Both the position numbers and the translations under genes were made by a program. Positions 36,734 through 48,153 of a stretch of 64,000 bases of DNA are shown here, one piece after another. Each line of letters opens with the position of its first letter. Position 1 is the stretch's first letter. The stretch comes from Malacoraja senta (taxonomy: Eukaryota): the NCBI GenBank assembly GCA_038087875.1, contig CM075990.1, positions 372,001 to 436,000 of the forward strand. Direction: 5' to 3'. The notes beneath the pieces were generated by a model that ran no database searches, was not told where the DNA came from, and saw nothing but the letters and a program-made list of their open reading frames with translations.

Positions 36734-39700
36734 AAAATAGTAAGATTAAACGAGAACTTACCAGTTTGAAGTTTGATCTGTATTTTATGAGGAGTTACGA
36801 TGAGGGATTACGTGAAGAACCCGCTCAGTGCGCAGGCGCGGCATACTTCCAAGCAGCGGTGTGGAATCACAGATAGACACAAGTATTTGAAGTAAACATA
36901 GTAAAGAAAAGGAGACATCAATTTATTAGTTTGATCCATATAATGAGGGTGGGAGCGGAGGGCACGTAATCCCTCATCGTAACTCCTCATAAAATACAGA
37001 TCAAACTTCAAACTGGTAAGTTCTCGTTTAATCTTACTATTTTACTTCGGAGTCACGTGAGTGACTACGTGAAGATTTCAAAGCTCTGTGATTTCAAACC
37101 GTGTAACAGTTTTATTTCACTCACTGCCGAAAGTTCTTGAGGGAGGAAGTGTTATCGTAATCAACCAATGAATCTGTTTCTCAAGAAACAAAAAAGGTAT
37201 TTATTAACAATAACAAAATTAAAGTGCTCCCCCGGGCTTAAATTAAATATTTGCAGCTTGTAATATTTTCTCTGCAAATAAATCAGGTTTCATCAACGGC
37301 TTATTATAAAAGTTCTGAATGTCGTTTCCCTCGACCATCCTGCTGTATTCAGAATATGGTCAACCGGTACGTCCATTCTGTCGGCCGTTGATGCTGCCCT
37401 AGTGGAATAAGATTTAAATGTATTAGTATCTATTCCGGCAGCCTTCAGTACCTGTTTGAGCCATCTTGAAATGGTTTGGCTCGTTACCCGGCCATGAGGT
37501 TACTTGTGGCTGACCCATAAGGCTTTTTCACTCCCTCTGATATTGTGGGTTGTGTCTATGTAATGTTGTAGATGGGTCACGACACACAACCGTGGCTCTT
37601 GTGGGTAGGCCCAGAATACCACCAGTGGATTAGCTGTTCCTGGCCTGCTTTGCTTCACCAGACCCTGTATGATGAATGTGATCTGATCTGGGGTGGTCAC
37701 CATGTTGTCCAGCCTTAACTTGTGTAGTGACTGGACCCTCTGAGCGGATACGAGTGCCATCAACATGAGCGTCTTTAGTGTAGATTGCTCGAGGCTGAGG
37801 GATCTGGCTGGTGGCCATTCCCTGAGGTATGTCAGGACCACACTGATATACCAAATATGGGTATACCTGGGTTTAGGGCTTTATATCATAAATGCCCTTC
37901 ATCAGTTTTACCACCAGTGGATGGGATCCCATTGCCTGTTGTCCTGCTGGTTTGAGATAAGCAGAAAGAGCACTTCGCGCTGTGTTGATGGCACTGTAAC
38001 TGATCCCTTCATCATGGTGTAGATGGGCCAGGAATTCCAGTACGTTGGTGGCTGTGGCTGTTGCATACGTTGTCCCTGTTTCCTGGCAGTACTTCTCCCA
38101 TTTTCTTATGCTGATTCAGTACTGCCTCTTGGTGGATGTTCAAAGGGATGCCGACATGGTGGTGATGGTTCGTTCGGACAATCCCTGTTCCAGATAAGGT
38201 CTATTCAAAACCTGCAACCCAGGAGTTTAATTTTCTCATGGCATGGGTGGCTTATGCCTGATACTGGGTGAGTTAATAATCCTGGATCACTGGGAAAGAC
38301 CATTGGTGACTCAACCACCATGTCATGTAGAACCGGGAACCATGGCTGTGTAGGCCAGTCGGGCACCATCAAAATTCCAGAAGCAGAGTCCATCTGTATT
38401 TTGCGAAGTACCCGACTGATGAGGCAGAAGGGAGGGAAAGCATAGAAGAAGACATTTCCCCAATCCAGCGTGATGGCATGTATCGCTGCTGCCTCTGGAT
38501 CTGGTTCCCAAGCGACATATATAGGTAACTGGTGATTTCGTCTTGATGCAAATACATCGATATCTGGCATTCCATACTGCTTAATAACTTTAGCAAATAC
38601 TTTAGGGTTTAACATCCATTCGATGTTATCATTGAATTTGCATGAGCTGGTGTCTGCCACTGTGTTTAGCTTACCTGGTAGATAAGTAGCTGATAGCCAA
38701 ATATGTCTTTCGACACACCATAGCCAAATCACATTGACCAATTTGTCGCATGATAATGATTTTATGCCGCCGATATGGTTAATATAAGCCACCACCGTAG
38801 TATTATCAATCTGTACCCGAACATGCAAGTGCTGCATATTAGATACATATGCTTTTAACCCATAAAAGGCGCCGAACATCTCTAGATAGTTAATGCCCAG
38901 TGTCAGTAGTAATGATGACTCTAGGTTAGTCCATCTACCACCTGTGCTGGATATGGAGTTAGTTGCTCCCCAGCCTTGAGCACTGGCATCTGTCTGAAGA
39001 ACTAAAGTAAGGTTGGTGATGATGATAGAGCTGAAACTATGCCAAACATTTTCTGCCCACCACTGTAGCTGATATTGCTTCAGTGGGTAATTACATGACA
39101 CGAACATCGTGACCTGTATGTCGTTTTAGTGCCTGTACCTTTGCTGTTTGTAAATTTTGATAGTGCAAAGGTCCGCATTGTGTAGCTGGAAATGCTGCTA
39201 CCATTTTCCCAATCACTCTTGGGACTTGTCGAATAGTTGGTCGTTTGTTGACCATTAAATAGTTGCATGATTGTGCTAATGCAACCATTTAAAAAAAAAA
39301 AATCTTTTATTTATTTATTTATTTAAAAATAAAAAAATATATATTTATTTATTTATTTTTATTTTCCTTTTGGCAAGGTAACAGTCATATGGACTGAGTT
39401 AATTGTGAAGCCCAGGTAGTCCATAATAGTGGATGGCTTCAACTTAGATTTATCTGGATGTAGGACGAACCCCAGAGTTCCGAGGAGCTATTTTGTAGCT
39501 GATACTGCTGCCACAGCCAATTCCATCGTTTTCCCTACTATCTGAATATCATCCAGGTATGCCATGACAATATGTGTTTGTTTCTTAGTCTTGCCATGGC
39601 TATTTTCAATATTTTGATGAATAATCTTGGGGCTGAAGTTAGCCCATTGGGCAATGCTTTGTACTGCCTCAGCTGCCCCAACCAGATAAATTGTAGGTAT

Positions 39701-41517
39701 CTGCAATGATCCTTGTGTATGGGTATTAGATAGTAAGCATCTTTCAGATCAATGCTTGCCATGAAGTATCCTTTGGAAATCAGTTGTTTGGCAGTAACAA
39801 CTGTCTCCATTTTGAAATGTATATACTCAACAAACTTATTTAGTGATGTTAAGTCAATGATGATGCGACATCCACCATCTTTTTTGGTTTTATTTGATAC
39901 AAATTCCAAAGGTTCATGTTTGGTCTTTTGGATGACCTCTCCACTAATGCTGTTGAGTATATACTTGTCACACGTGACAGTAACCCATGCTTCTTTGAAC
40001 CAGTGTAATCTCCCCTCTGTTAGTAAAGCACCCTTATTCTCTATATGCTGGCAGGAACCAGACCCACCTACCTCCATGTTCATTGGTGTTTCTTTTGTTT
40101 CCTGATGTTTTTGTAGGTTTTGCTTGTCTGACGTGCTGGCGATGTTGGGGGGTGGCGCATTTTCCATGGGGTCCGCTGTGGGCCCTGATCTAAAAAAGAT
40201 CTTTGGGGATAAAATGCGGTCCCCGAGCTTTCACCAGTCCCATATTGAGGACGTCGACTGGTGGATGCCATGGGGTGCTGCCGCTTGGGTATTGTAGCTC
40301 TTGGTTTGCTCGTCCCAGGGCCTGCCCTCATGAGGCCGAAAGATGTCGCTGCTTCCTCCATGTCCCTCAGTTTTGTTGTTGAGGTCTTTCCCAAATAACA
40401 GAGCGTCCGTCTCTGCAGCTGGGGCTCTGCACAACCCAGCAAATTTGGGATTGAGGGCAGGTCTTATGTTTCCCCGCCGGAGATTGTGTATCTCAAATTG
40501 TGTGTTGCACATCAGTGCCAGCACATCCTGCTGGCACGTATCCATCTCCGTACCTTGCACAGAACGAGCAAAGGCTGTAATGGCCGACGTCAGGAGCCTT
40601 AGGATCCGCTGTAGCTTGATTTCATGGTTACGCATGTTTGACCCCACGTGACCCCAGATCTGGCTGTTCACAGTCTTCACTCTGAGGCCTCACAGTTCTC
40701 TGGTGCTGTGTAAAATTCAAGCGCCTCAAGAAGTACCTTCTCCTGCAAGGGCTTATTTGACAGATGATTGATGCTGGCCGCCATTTTTGGTTCCAGCGGT
40801 CTTCCAGCACGTGGGGTTGTTACATAGCGGTCCACGACACCCAGCAGCTCTTCCTGCTCCTGCACCCCTTGCATACTGCCGAATTCTTCTGCCAGCCCCT
40901 GTTCCAGACCAGCCCAACCCTGGTCACCCATGCTAGCCTCCAGTAATGAGGGAGCAGAGGGCAGTGCACAAGACACTGTGGAGGAGGTGCCTGACCTACC
41001 TCCGCGAGAACGCTCCTTCTGCGTAGCTCGCTGGAGCATCTGCTCCAAGAGCTGTTGTAAGCTCTGGCGGCTGTCTCTCCTCCGTGTAGGTGGAGACATG
41101 TCCCCATCCGACAAATCAGACATTACCGGCCGGTTGCTCTCATGGCTTTCCTCCCTGTCCGCTGTGCAGGCATTAGCGGGACTGGGCTCGGCTCGGTCTC
41201 GGGGATAGCGGAGCGCTCATGAGCGGTCCTGCTGCCTGTTGCTGCCCCCCTGAGATTAAACGCTCCTCTGGTGGAGTTGAGCTGGGGGCAGTTCTGTTGG
41301 AGAGTCTTCTCGTGAGTGTACTTATTTGCTAAGAACACCCACACTCTCTTTCTCTGTTAGACTAGTTGAATATACTCACCCAACGGTCCGTTTTTTTCAA
41401 AATGCAGCCGGAGCGCCTTCCTCCAGCTGCCGCCGCTGTTGCACTGCTGGCGTAATGCCGCGCCTGCGCACTGAGCGGGTTCTTCACGTAGTCACTCACG
41501 TGACTCCGAAGTAAAAT
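36734..41517 (-). mobile_element. DIRS1-type retrotransposon, copy 2
   Basis: Same termini and ICR as copy 1 in reverse orientation; ORFs 39538-40167 (RT), 38205-39107 (RNase H, MT-like YAFPPF), 37500-37841 (YR), 40231-41123 (gag-like). Confidence 0.95.
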
Positions 41518-42410
41518 TAAGAAATAAAAGGTATTACTATTCAAGGGACCGAACATAAATTGGCCTGTTATGCAGATGACATTTTGATTTATTTGGGGCA
41601 ACCAACAAACAAAACTCTCTACCTAAATTGATGCAATCACTCGAACAATACGGTCAACTATCAGGATACAAGATGAACATAGGTAAAACACAACTGCTTA
41701 CATACAATTACAGCCCATCAGGAGAAGTCAGAAGTAGGTACCCTCTGGCATGGGAAGCAGAACATCTCAAATATTTGGGCATCATTATACCAAGGGATCT
41801 TACAGAACTATCAGAATGCAACTATTCACCTATACACCAAAAAATTAAGGAAGATATAGCTAGATGGAACCTAATTCCTTTCTTAAGTCTCAGCTCGAGA
41901 ATTGAATCTATTAAAATGAACATATTGCCAAGACTGTTATATTTATTTCAGACTCTACCAATAGAGATTAATCAAAAACAATTTAATGAATGGGACAAAA
42001 TATTGTCAAGATATATATGGCAAGGTAAAAGGCGTCTTAAAACATTACAGTTAACAAAAGAAAAGGGGGAATTGGGTCTACCCTCTCTCAAAGACTAATA
42101 TCAGGCAGCACAGTTAAGACCTATGATATGCTGGTGCAACCCAACGTATGATGCTCAATGGAAAAATATTGAAGAGAGAACACTCGCCATTCCTGTACGA
42201 ACGATCATAGCTGACAGCAACCTACAAGACAATATACATGCTATGGAAAATCCTTGGGTAAAATTGACTCTTGAAATATGGAAACAATTATAACAGAGTA
42301 TAATTTAGAGGAAGACATTACAATCCTTAAATGGTGTGCATATGACACAGACTTTACTCCTAATAAATTAGATAGTAGGTTAAAGAGTGGACAGTTGAAG
42401 GCATAACTTA
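41518..42410 (+). pseudogene. L1 ORF2 RT C-half
   Basis: CYADDILI, SGYKMN, KYLGI, IKMNILPRLLYLFQ. Confidence 0.9.
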
Positions 42411-43442
42411 TTTGGAGGCATGAATATTTGGAGAATTTCCATTGAATGATTCTTCATTAGGATCATTGGTTCCTTTACAGGTAAGCACCAAAATTCTGTA
42501 TTGGCTCATAATAGAGCATCCAGTATTTATCTTCATGATGATTTTATTGATCATTGAATCCTGAGCCTTCAGTTTAGTTTGGTGATACAGTGTGGAAACA
42601 GGCCGTTCGGCCCACTGAGTGCAGGAACGTGTAGCTGGGACAGGTTGGCCAGTGTGGGCAAGTTGGGCCGAAATGCCTGCTTCCTCACTGTATGACTCTA
42701 TGATTCTATGACTCTACTAAACTAAGTGGGACCCATTGGGTCCCAGCATCACGCGGGAGGACTGGTCACCCAACACAATATTCCACCTCTTCACCAATTC
42801 CAATATTGCTGGCCAGTGGGGGGGGGGGCTGCCTGTTGCGCTAGTATGGGTGTTGTGGGCCAAAGGGTCTGGTTTCCAGAGGGATAGTTAGGATATTGTG
42901 GGCTGAATGGATTCTTGGGCTGGCAGCTCAATCACTGAGGCCTGGCAGTATAGTCACTCAGACCTCGCAGGCTGGCAGCTGAGAAACTGCCAGAAATTGT
43001 GCCCAAAATAGGTGACAGACTCTGTGAGAGAGAAGGGGGAGAGGGTGGACTGAATGGATTCATGGGCTGGCAGTTCAGTGAGTCATGGCTGGATGGCTGA
43101 CAGTTCACTTACTCAGGGCTGGTGGGCTGGCAGGCTGGCAGTGCAGTCACTCATGGCTGGTGGGCTGGCAGTTCAGTCACTTACAGCTGGTGGGCTGGCA
43201 GTGCAGTCACTCATGGCTGGTGTGGTGGCAGTTCATTCAGTCACACCTCCTCCCTTCATCCCCCTACTCTGCTCCTTGCCCTTCCCCTCCACCCCACGCA
43301 TTCAGTCCATCTCCCCACAACCTCCCCCCATGCACTCTTAGCGGCTCTCCCACAGAGCAGCCATCCCTGCCTATTAGGTTCCCATTGTGGCTCATAATAG
43401 AGCATCCAGTATTTATCTTCATGATGATTTTATTGATCATTG

Positions 43443-46400
43443 GCGGGGAGATCTGCAAAGGCTACTGGGGAGACTTTAAACTAGAATGGTTGGGGGGAGG
43501 GACTCAAATAGAGAATGCTATTAGACAGTGTGTGAGGCAGGAGGCAGAGAAGGAAAGCACTCAGACCCAACATGTAGGGGGGAAAGAAGAAAACAATAAT
43601 AAACAGAGAATAAGAGGTGGTGGGGTTCTTAAATGGGTGAGCAGAGAAACAGAGGGGTGCAAAATGCGGGCGGAAGCAATAGGTAGCAAGGTGAAAAGTA
43701 AAAGTGGCAGGCAGACAAATCCAGGGCAAAAATCAAAAAGAGCCACGTTCCAACATAATTGTATAAGGGGTAAGAGCGTTGTAAAAACAAGCCTGAAGGC
43801 TTTGTGTCTCAATGCAAGGAGCATTCGTAATAAGGTCGATGAGTTGAACGTGCAGATAGCAATTAATGATTATGATATAGTTGGGATCACGGAGACATGG
43901 CTCCAGGGTGACCAAGGCTGGGAGCTGAACATCCAGGGATATTCAATATTCAGGATAGAGAGAAAGGAAAAGGAGGTGGGGTAGCGTTGCTGGTTAGAGA
44001 GGAGATTAACGCAGTGGAAAGGAAGGACATTAGCTTGGAGGATGTGGAATCGGTATAGGTAGAGCTACGAAATACTAAGGGGCAGAAAACGCTGGTGGGT
44101 GTTGTGTACAGGCCACCTAGCAGTAGTAGTGAAGTTGGGGATGGCATCAAACAGGAAATTAGAAATGCGTGCAACAAAGGCAAAACAGTTATAATGGGTG
44201 ACTTCAATCTACATATAGATTGGGTGAATCAAATTGGCAGGGGTGCTGAGGAAGAGGATTTCTTGGAATGTATGAGGGATAGTTATCTAAACCAACATGT
44301 AGAGGAACCAACGAGAGAGCAGGCTATTCTAGACTGGGTATTGAGTAATGAGGAAGGGTTAGTTAGCAGACTTGTTGTGCGTGCCCCCTTGGGCAAGAGT
44401 GACCATAATATGGTTGAGTTCTTCATTAGGATGGAGAGTGACATTGTTAATTCAGAAACAACGGTTCTGAACTTAAAGAAAGGTAACTTTGAGGATATGA
44501 GACGTGAATTGGCCAAGATTGACTGGCAATTAGTTCTAAAAGGGTTGACGGTGGATATGCAATGGAAGGCATTTAAAGACTGCATGGATGAACTACATAA
44601 AATGTTCATCCCAGTTTGGCAAAAGAATAAATCAGGGAAGGTAGTGCATCCGTGGATAACAAGGGAAATCAGGGATAGTATCAAAGCAAAAGATGTTGCG
44701 TACAAATTAGCCAGAAAAAGCAGCATACCAGAGGACTGGGAGAAATTCAGAGACCAGCAGAGGAGGACAAAGGGCTTAATTAGGAAAGGGAAAATAGATT
44801 ATGAAAGGAAACTGGCAGGGAACATAAAAACTGACTGCAAAAGTTTTTATAGATATGTGAAGAGAAAGAGATTAGTTAAAACAAATGTAGGTCCCTTGCA
44901 GTCAGAAACAGGTGAATTGATCATGGGGAACAAGGATATGGCGGACCAATTGAATAACTACTTTGGTTCCGTCTTCACTAAGGAAGACATAAATAATCTG
45001 CTGGAAATAGCAGGGGGCCGCGGGTCAAAGGAGATGGAGGAACTGAGTGAATTCCAGGTTAGTCGGGAAGAGGTGTTGGGTAAATTGAATGGATTAAAGG
45101 CTGATAAATCACCAGGGCCAGATAGGCTGCATCCCAGAGTACTTAAGGAAGTAGCTCCAGAAATAGTGGATGCATTAGTGATAATTTTTCAAAATTCTTT
45201 AGATTCTGGAGTAGTTCCTGAGGATTGGAGGGTAGCAAACGTAACCCCACTTTTTAAGAAGGGAGGGAGAGAGAAAACGGGGAATTACAGACCAGTTAGT
45301 CTAACATCGGTAGTGGGGAAACTGCTAGAGTCAGTTATTAAAGATGGGATAGCACCACATTTTGAAAATGGTGAAATCATTGGACAAAGTCAGCATGGAT
45401 TTACGAAAGGTAAATCGTGTCTGACGAATCTTATAGAATTTTTCGAGGATGTAACTAGTAGAGTGGATAGGGGAGAACCAGTGGATGTGTTGTATCTGGA
45501 CTTTCAGAAGGCTTTCGACAAGGTACCACATAAGAGATTAGGATACAAGCTTAAATCACACGGTATTGGGGGTTCAGTATTGATGTGGATAGAGAACTGG
45601 CTGGCAAACAGGAAGCAAAGAGTAGGAGTAAACGGGTCCTTTTCACAATGGCAGGCAGTGACTAGTGGGGTACCGCAAGGCTCAGTGCTGGGACCCCAGC
45701 TATTTACAATTTATATTAATGATCTGGACGAGGGAATTGAAAGCAACATCTCCAAGTTTGCGGATGACACTAAGCTGGGGGGCAGTGTTAGCTGTGAGGA
45801 GGATGCTAGGAGACTGCAAGGTGACTTGGATAGGCTGGGGGAGTGGGCAAATGTTTGGCAGATGCAGTATAATGTGGATAAATGTGAGGTTATCCACTTT
45901 GGTGGCAAAAACGGGAAGGCAGACTATTATCTAAATGGTGGCCGATTAGGAAATGGGGAGGTGCAGCGAGACCTGGGTGTCATGGTACACCAGTCATTGA
46001 AAGTAGGCATGCAGGTGCAGCAGGCAGTGAAGAAAGCGAATGGTATGTTGGCCTTCATAGCAAGAGGATTTGAGTATAGGAGCAGGGAGGTTCTACTGCA
46101 GTTGTACAGGGTCTTGGTGAGACCACACCTGGAGTATTGCGTACAGTTTTGGTCTCCAAATCTGAGGAAGGACATTATAGCCATAGAGGGAGTGCAGAGA
46201 AGGTTCACCAGACTGATTCCTGGGATGTCAGGACTTTCATATGAAGAAAGACTGGATAGACTTGGCTTATACTCGCTAGAATTTAGGAGATTGAGAGGGG
46301 ATCTTATAGAAACATACAAAATTCTTATGGGGTTGGACAGGCTAGATGCAGGAAGATTGTTCCCGATGTTGGGGAAGTCCAGGACAAGGGGTCACAGCTT

Positions 46401-46695
46401 AAGGATAAGGGGGAAATCCTTTAAGACCGAGATGAGGAAAAACTTTTTCACACAGAGAGTGGTGAATCTCTGGAACTCTCTGCCACAGAGGGTAGTTGAC
46501 GCCAGTTCATTGGCTATATTTAAGAGGGAGTTAGATGTGGCCCTTGTGGCTAAAGGGATCAGGGGGTATGGAGAGAAGGCAGGTGTGGGATACTGAGTTG
46601 GATGATCAGCCATGATCATATTGAATGGCGGTGCAGGCTCGAAGGGCCGAATGGCCTACTCCTGCACCTATTTTCTATGTATCTATGTATCTATG
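43443..46695 (+). mobile_element. Young CR1 LINE: end of ORF1, ORF2 and 3' UTR
   Basis: APE start LCLNARSIRNK...ITETW, one frameshift near 43955, then a long open frame; (CTATGTAT)n tail. Confidence 0.97.
44095..46596 (+). CDS. CR1 ORF2 endonuclease/reverse transcriptase (833-aa open segment; N-terminus frameshifted)
   Basis: MGDFN, KSDH, YRPVSLTS, LDFQKAFD, GVPQGSVLGP, KFADDTK. Confidence 0.9.
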   Translation: MGVVYRPPSSSSEVGDGIKQEIRNACNKGKTVIMGDFNLHIDWVNQIGRGAEEEDFLECMRDSYLNQHVEEPTREQAILDWVLSNEEGLVSRLVVRAPLGKSDHNMVEFFIRMESDIVNSETTVLNLKKGNFEDMRRELAKIDWQLVLKGLTVDMQWKAFKDCMDELHKMFIPVWQKNKSGKVVHPWITREIRDSIKAKDVAYKLARKSSIPEDWEKFRDQQRRTKGLIRKGKIDYERKLAGNIKTDCKSFYRYVKRKRLVKTNVGPLQSETGELIMGNKDMADQLNNYFGSVFTKEDINNLLEIAGGRGSKEMEELSEFQVSREEVLGKLNGLKADKSPGPDRLHPRVLKEVAPEIVDALVIIFQNSLDSGVVPEDWRVANVTPLFKKGGREKTGNYRPVSLTSVVGKLLESVIKDGIAPHFENGEIIGQSQHGFTKGKSCLTNLIEFFEDVTSRVDRGEPVDVLYLDFQKAFDKVPHKRLGYKLKSHGIGGSVLMWIENWLANRKQRVGVNGSFSQWQAVTSGVPQGSVLGPQLFTIYINDLDEGIESNISKFADDTKLGGSVSCEEDARRLQGDLDRLGEWANVWQMQYNVDKCEVIHFGGKNGKADYYLNGGRLGNGEVQRDLGVMVHQSLKVGMQVQQAVKKANGMLAFIARGFEYRSREVLLQLYRVLVRPHLEYCVQFWSPNLRKDIIAIEGVQRRFTRLIPGMSGLSYEERLDRLGLYSLEFRRLRGDLIETYKILMGLDRLDAGRLFPMLGKSRTRGHSLRIRGKSFKTEMRKNFFTQRVVNLWNSLPQRVVDASSLAIFKRELDVALVAKGIRGYGEKAGVGY

Positions 46696-47364
46696 AAGAA
46701 CACGCAGGCATGAAAAGTGGAAAAAGGATTTATTAAATTTTAAGTTGTGAATGACTCTTAAAATATAAGAATAAATTAAATGTTAAAGATGAGAATTATT
46801 ACGTTCTTTCTTGTTGTGTCTCTTGTTGTGTTCTGCTGCTCACTGCCTCTTGATGGCTATTTGCTGTTAATAAAAAAAAGAGACAATTTTAATATAGAGA
46901 GATTGAGCGGTTGTAATTTGTTGTAATTCTCAATCCTCTGGATTCACTGAAGAATTTGTGAATCCAGCGGGTGATGGGGGCGGCTTCAGGAGGGGGAGCA
47001 TCCTAAAGTCAGGCGGAGGGCAGCGTCTTGAGGTGGCGATGCCAGTGGGGGGGGGGGCAGTGAGCGACCCACTCATGGCCTCTGGACTTACTGCCTTGGG
47101 AATAACTCATGGTCTCTGGACTGACTGACTCACTCATGGCCTCTGGACTGACAGACTGAATCACGGCTTGTAGACTGACTGACATGCCCGCATACTGGAG
47201 TCACGTCCGACATTTGTAAACTGAAAACTGTAACATCCACATTGAGGAACAGCTTCTTCCTAACAGCCATCAGGCTATTAAACTAACGAATAAGCTCTGA
47301 ACTATGAAAGACTATATTATTTGTACTATTTGTTATTTGTTGATCACAAACACACCCTCCACCT

Positions 47365-47473
47365 CACAGACACTCACGCACACATTTACACACACAGACT
47401 CTCACACACACACACAGACTCTCAGACACGCACACACACCCACACACACATATTCTCAGACACACACACACAG

Positions 47474-47504
<31 letters not shown>

Positions 47505-47578
47505 CACATATACACACATACACTCACTCATACACACACACAGACTCACACACACACAGACTCACACACACACTCACA
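47365..47578. repeat. Imperfect (CA)n microsatellite
   Basis: Directly visible. Confidence 0.95.
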
Positions 47579-47964
47579 ACCAATACTAAAATGCCAAGTA
47601 AGTTCAGAACATGGTAAACATACTGTGTGTAAATCGAATGATTCAAACGTTTAAAGCCTCTTGCTGAAGCAAAAATGTGCTTTAAATAACGTCCAACAAA
47701 GACATTCACCATAGACAGAGCAGTCAGCTCTCTTGAATTATTCAACGATGTCTTCACTATGCCTTCTGCAGTCAGCGCCATCTTGCCATGAACCGGAAAT
47801 GACGCAGCAAGCGCCATCTTGACGCCAACCAGAAATGACGTCATCGGCGCCATCTTGCCACTAAGCGAAAGTCATGGAATGAGCGCCAATTTTGCAATTC
47901 AACACAGTCCTGATCTAATAAAATGTTTATTCACGCTTTATCCATCCGAAAACTGTTGCAAAGA

Positions 47965-48153
47965 TTTTAAAAGGCAAGGCAAACAATTTGGCAGCAGCCA
48001 CTTCACAGCCAACCCACTTTGTGAACACAAACGTTTTTTAAAAGGCAAGGCAAACAATTTGGCAGCAGCCACTTCACAGCCAACCCACTTTGTGAACACA
48101 AATGTTTTTTAACAGGCAAGGCAAACAATTTGGCAGCAGCCACTTCACAGCCA
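47965..48153. repeat. 71-bp tandem repeat (about 2.6 copies) inside the Helitron
   Basis: AGGCAAGGCAAACAATTTGGCAGCAGCC recurs at 71-bp spacing. Confidence 0.9.

Larger units (their letters stand above)
21915..42410 (+). mobile_element. L1-clade LINE fragmented by nested insertions (pieces about 21915-23548, 34827-36733, 41518-42410)
   Basis: ORF2 reads across the gaps: AHIVYL|QETHL and YIRQN|*EIKG...CYADDILI; 3' end truncated. Confidence 0.92.

Noticed and set aside
38205..38700. Bacterial-type DNA adenine methyltransferase by horizontal transfer
   Set aside because: A methyltransferase-like domain after RNase H is a normal part of DIRS1-type elements.
42467..42486. Recursive splice-site-like motif TTCCTTTACAG|GTAAGC
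   Set aside because: Short pyrimidine tract, single occurrence and no evidence of transcription; could be chance.
43085..43984. 299-aa ORF as a novel fusion gene
   Set aside because: Chance read-through from Helitron tandem repeats into the CR1 ORF2 start; ends at the frameshift.
47304..47654. His/Thr-rich ORFs
   Set aside because: Translation of a (CA)n microsatellite.
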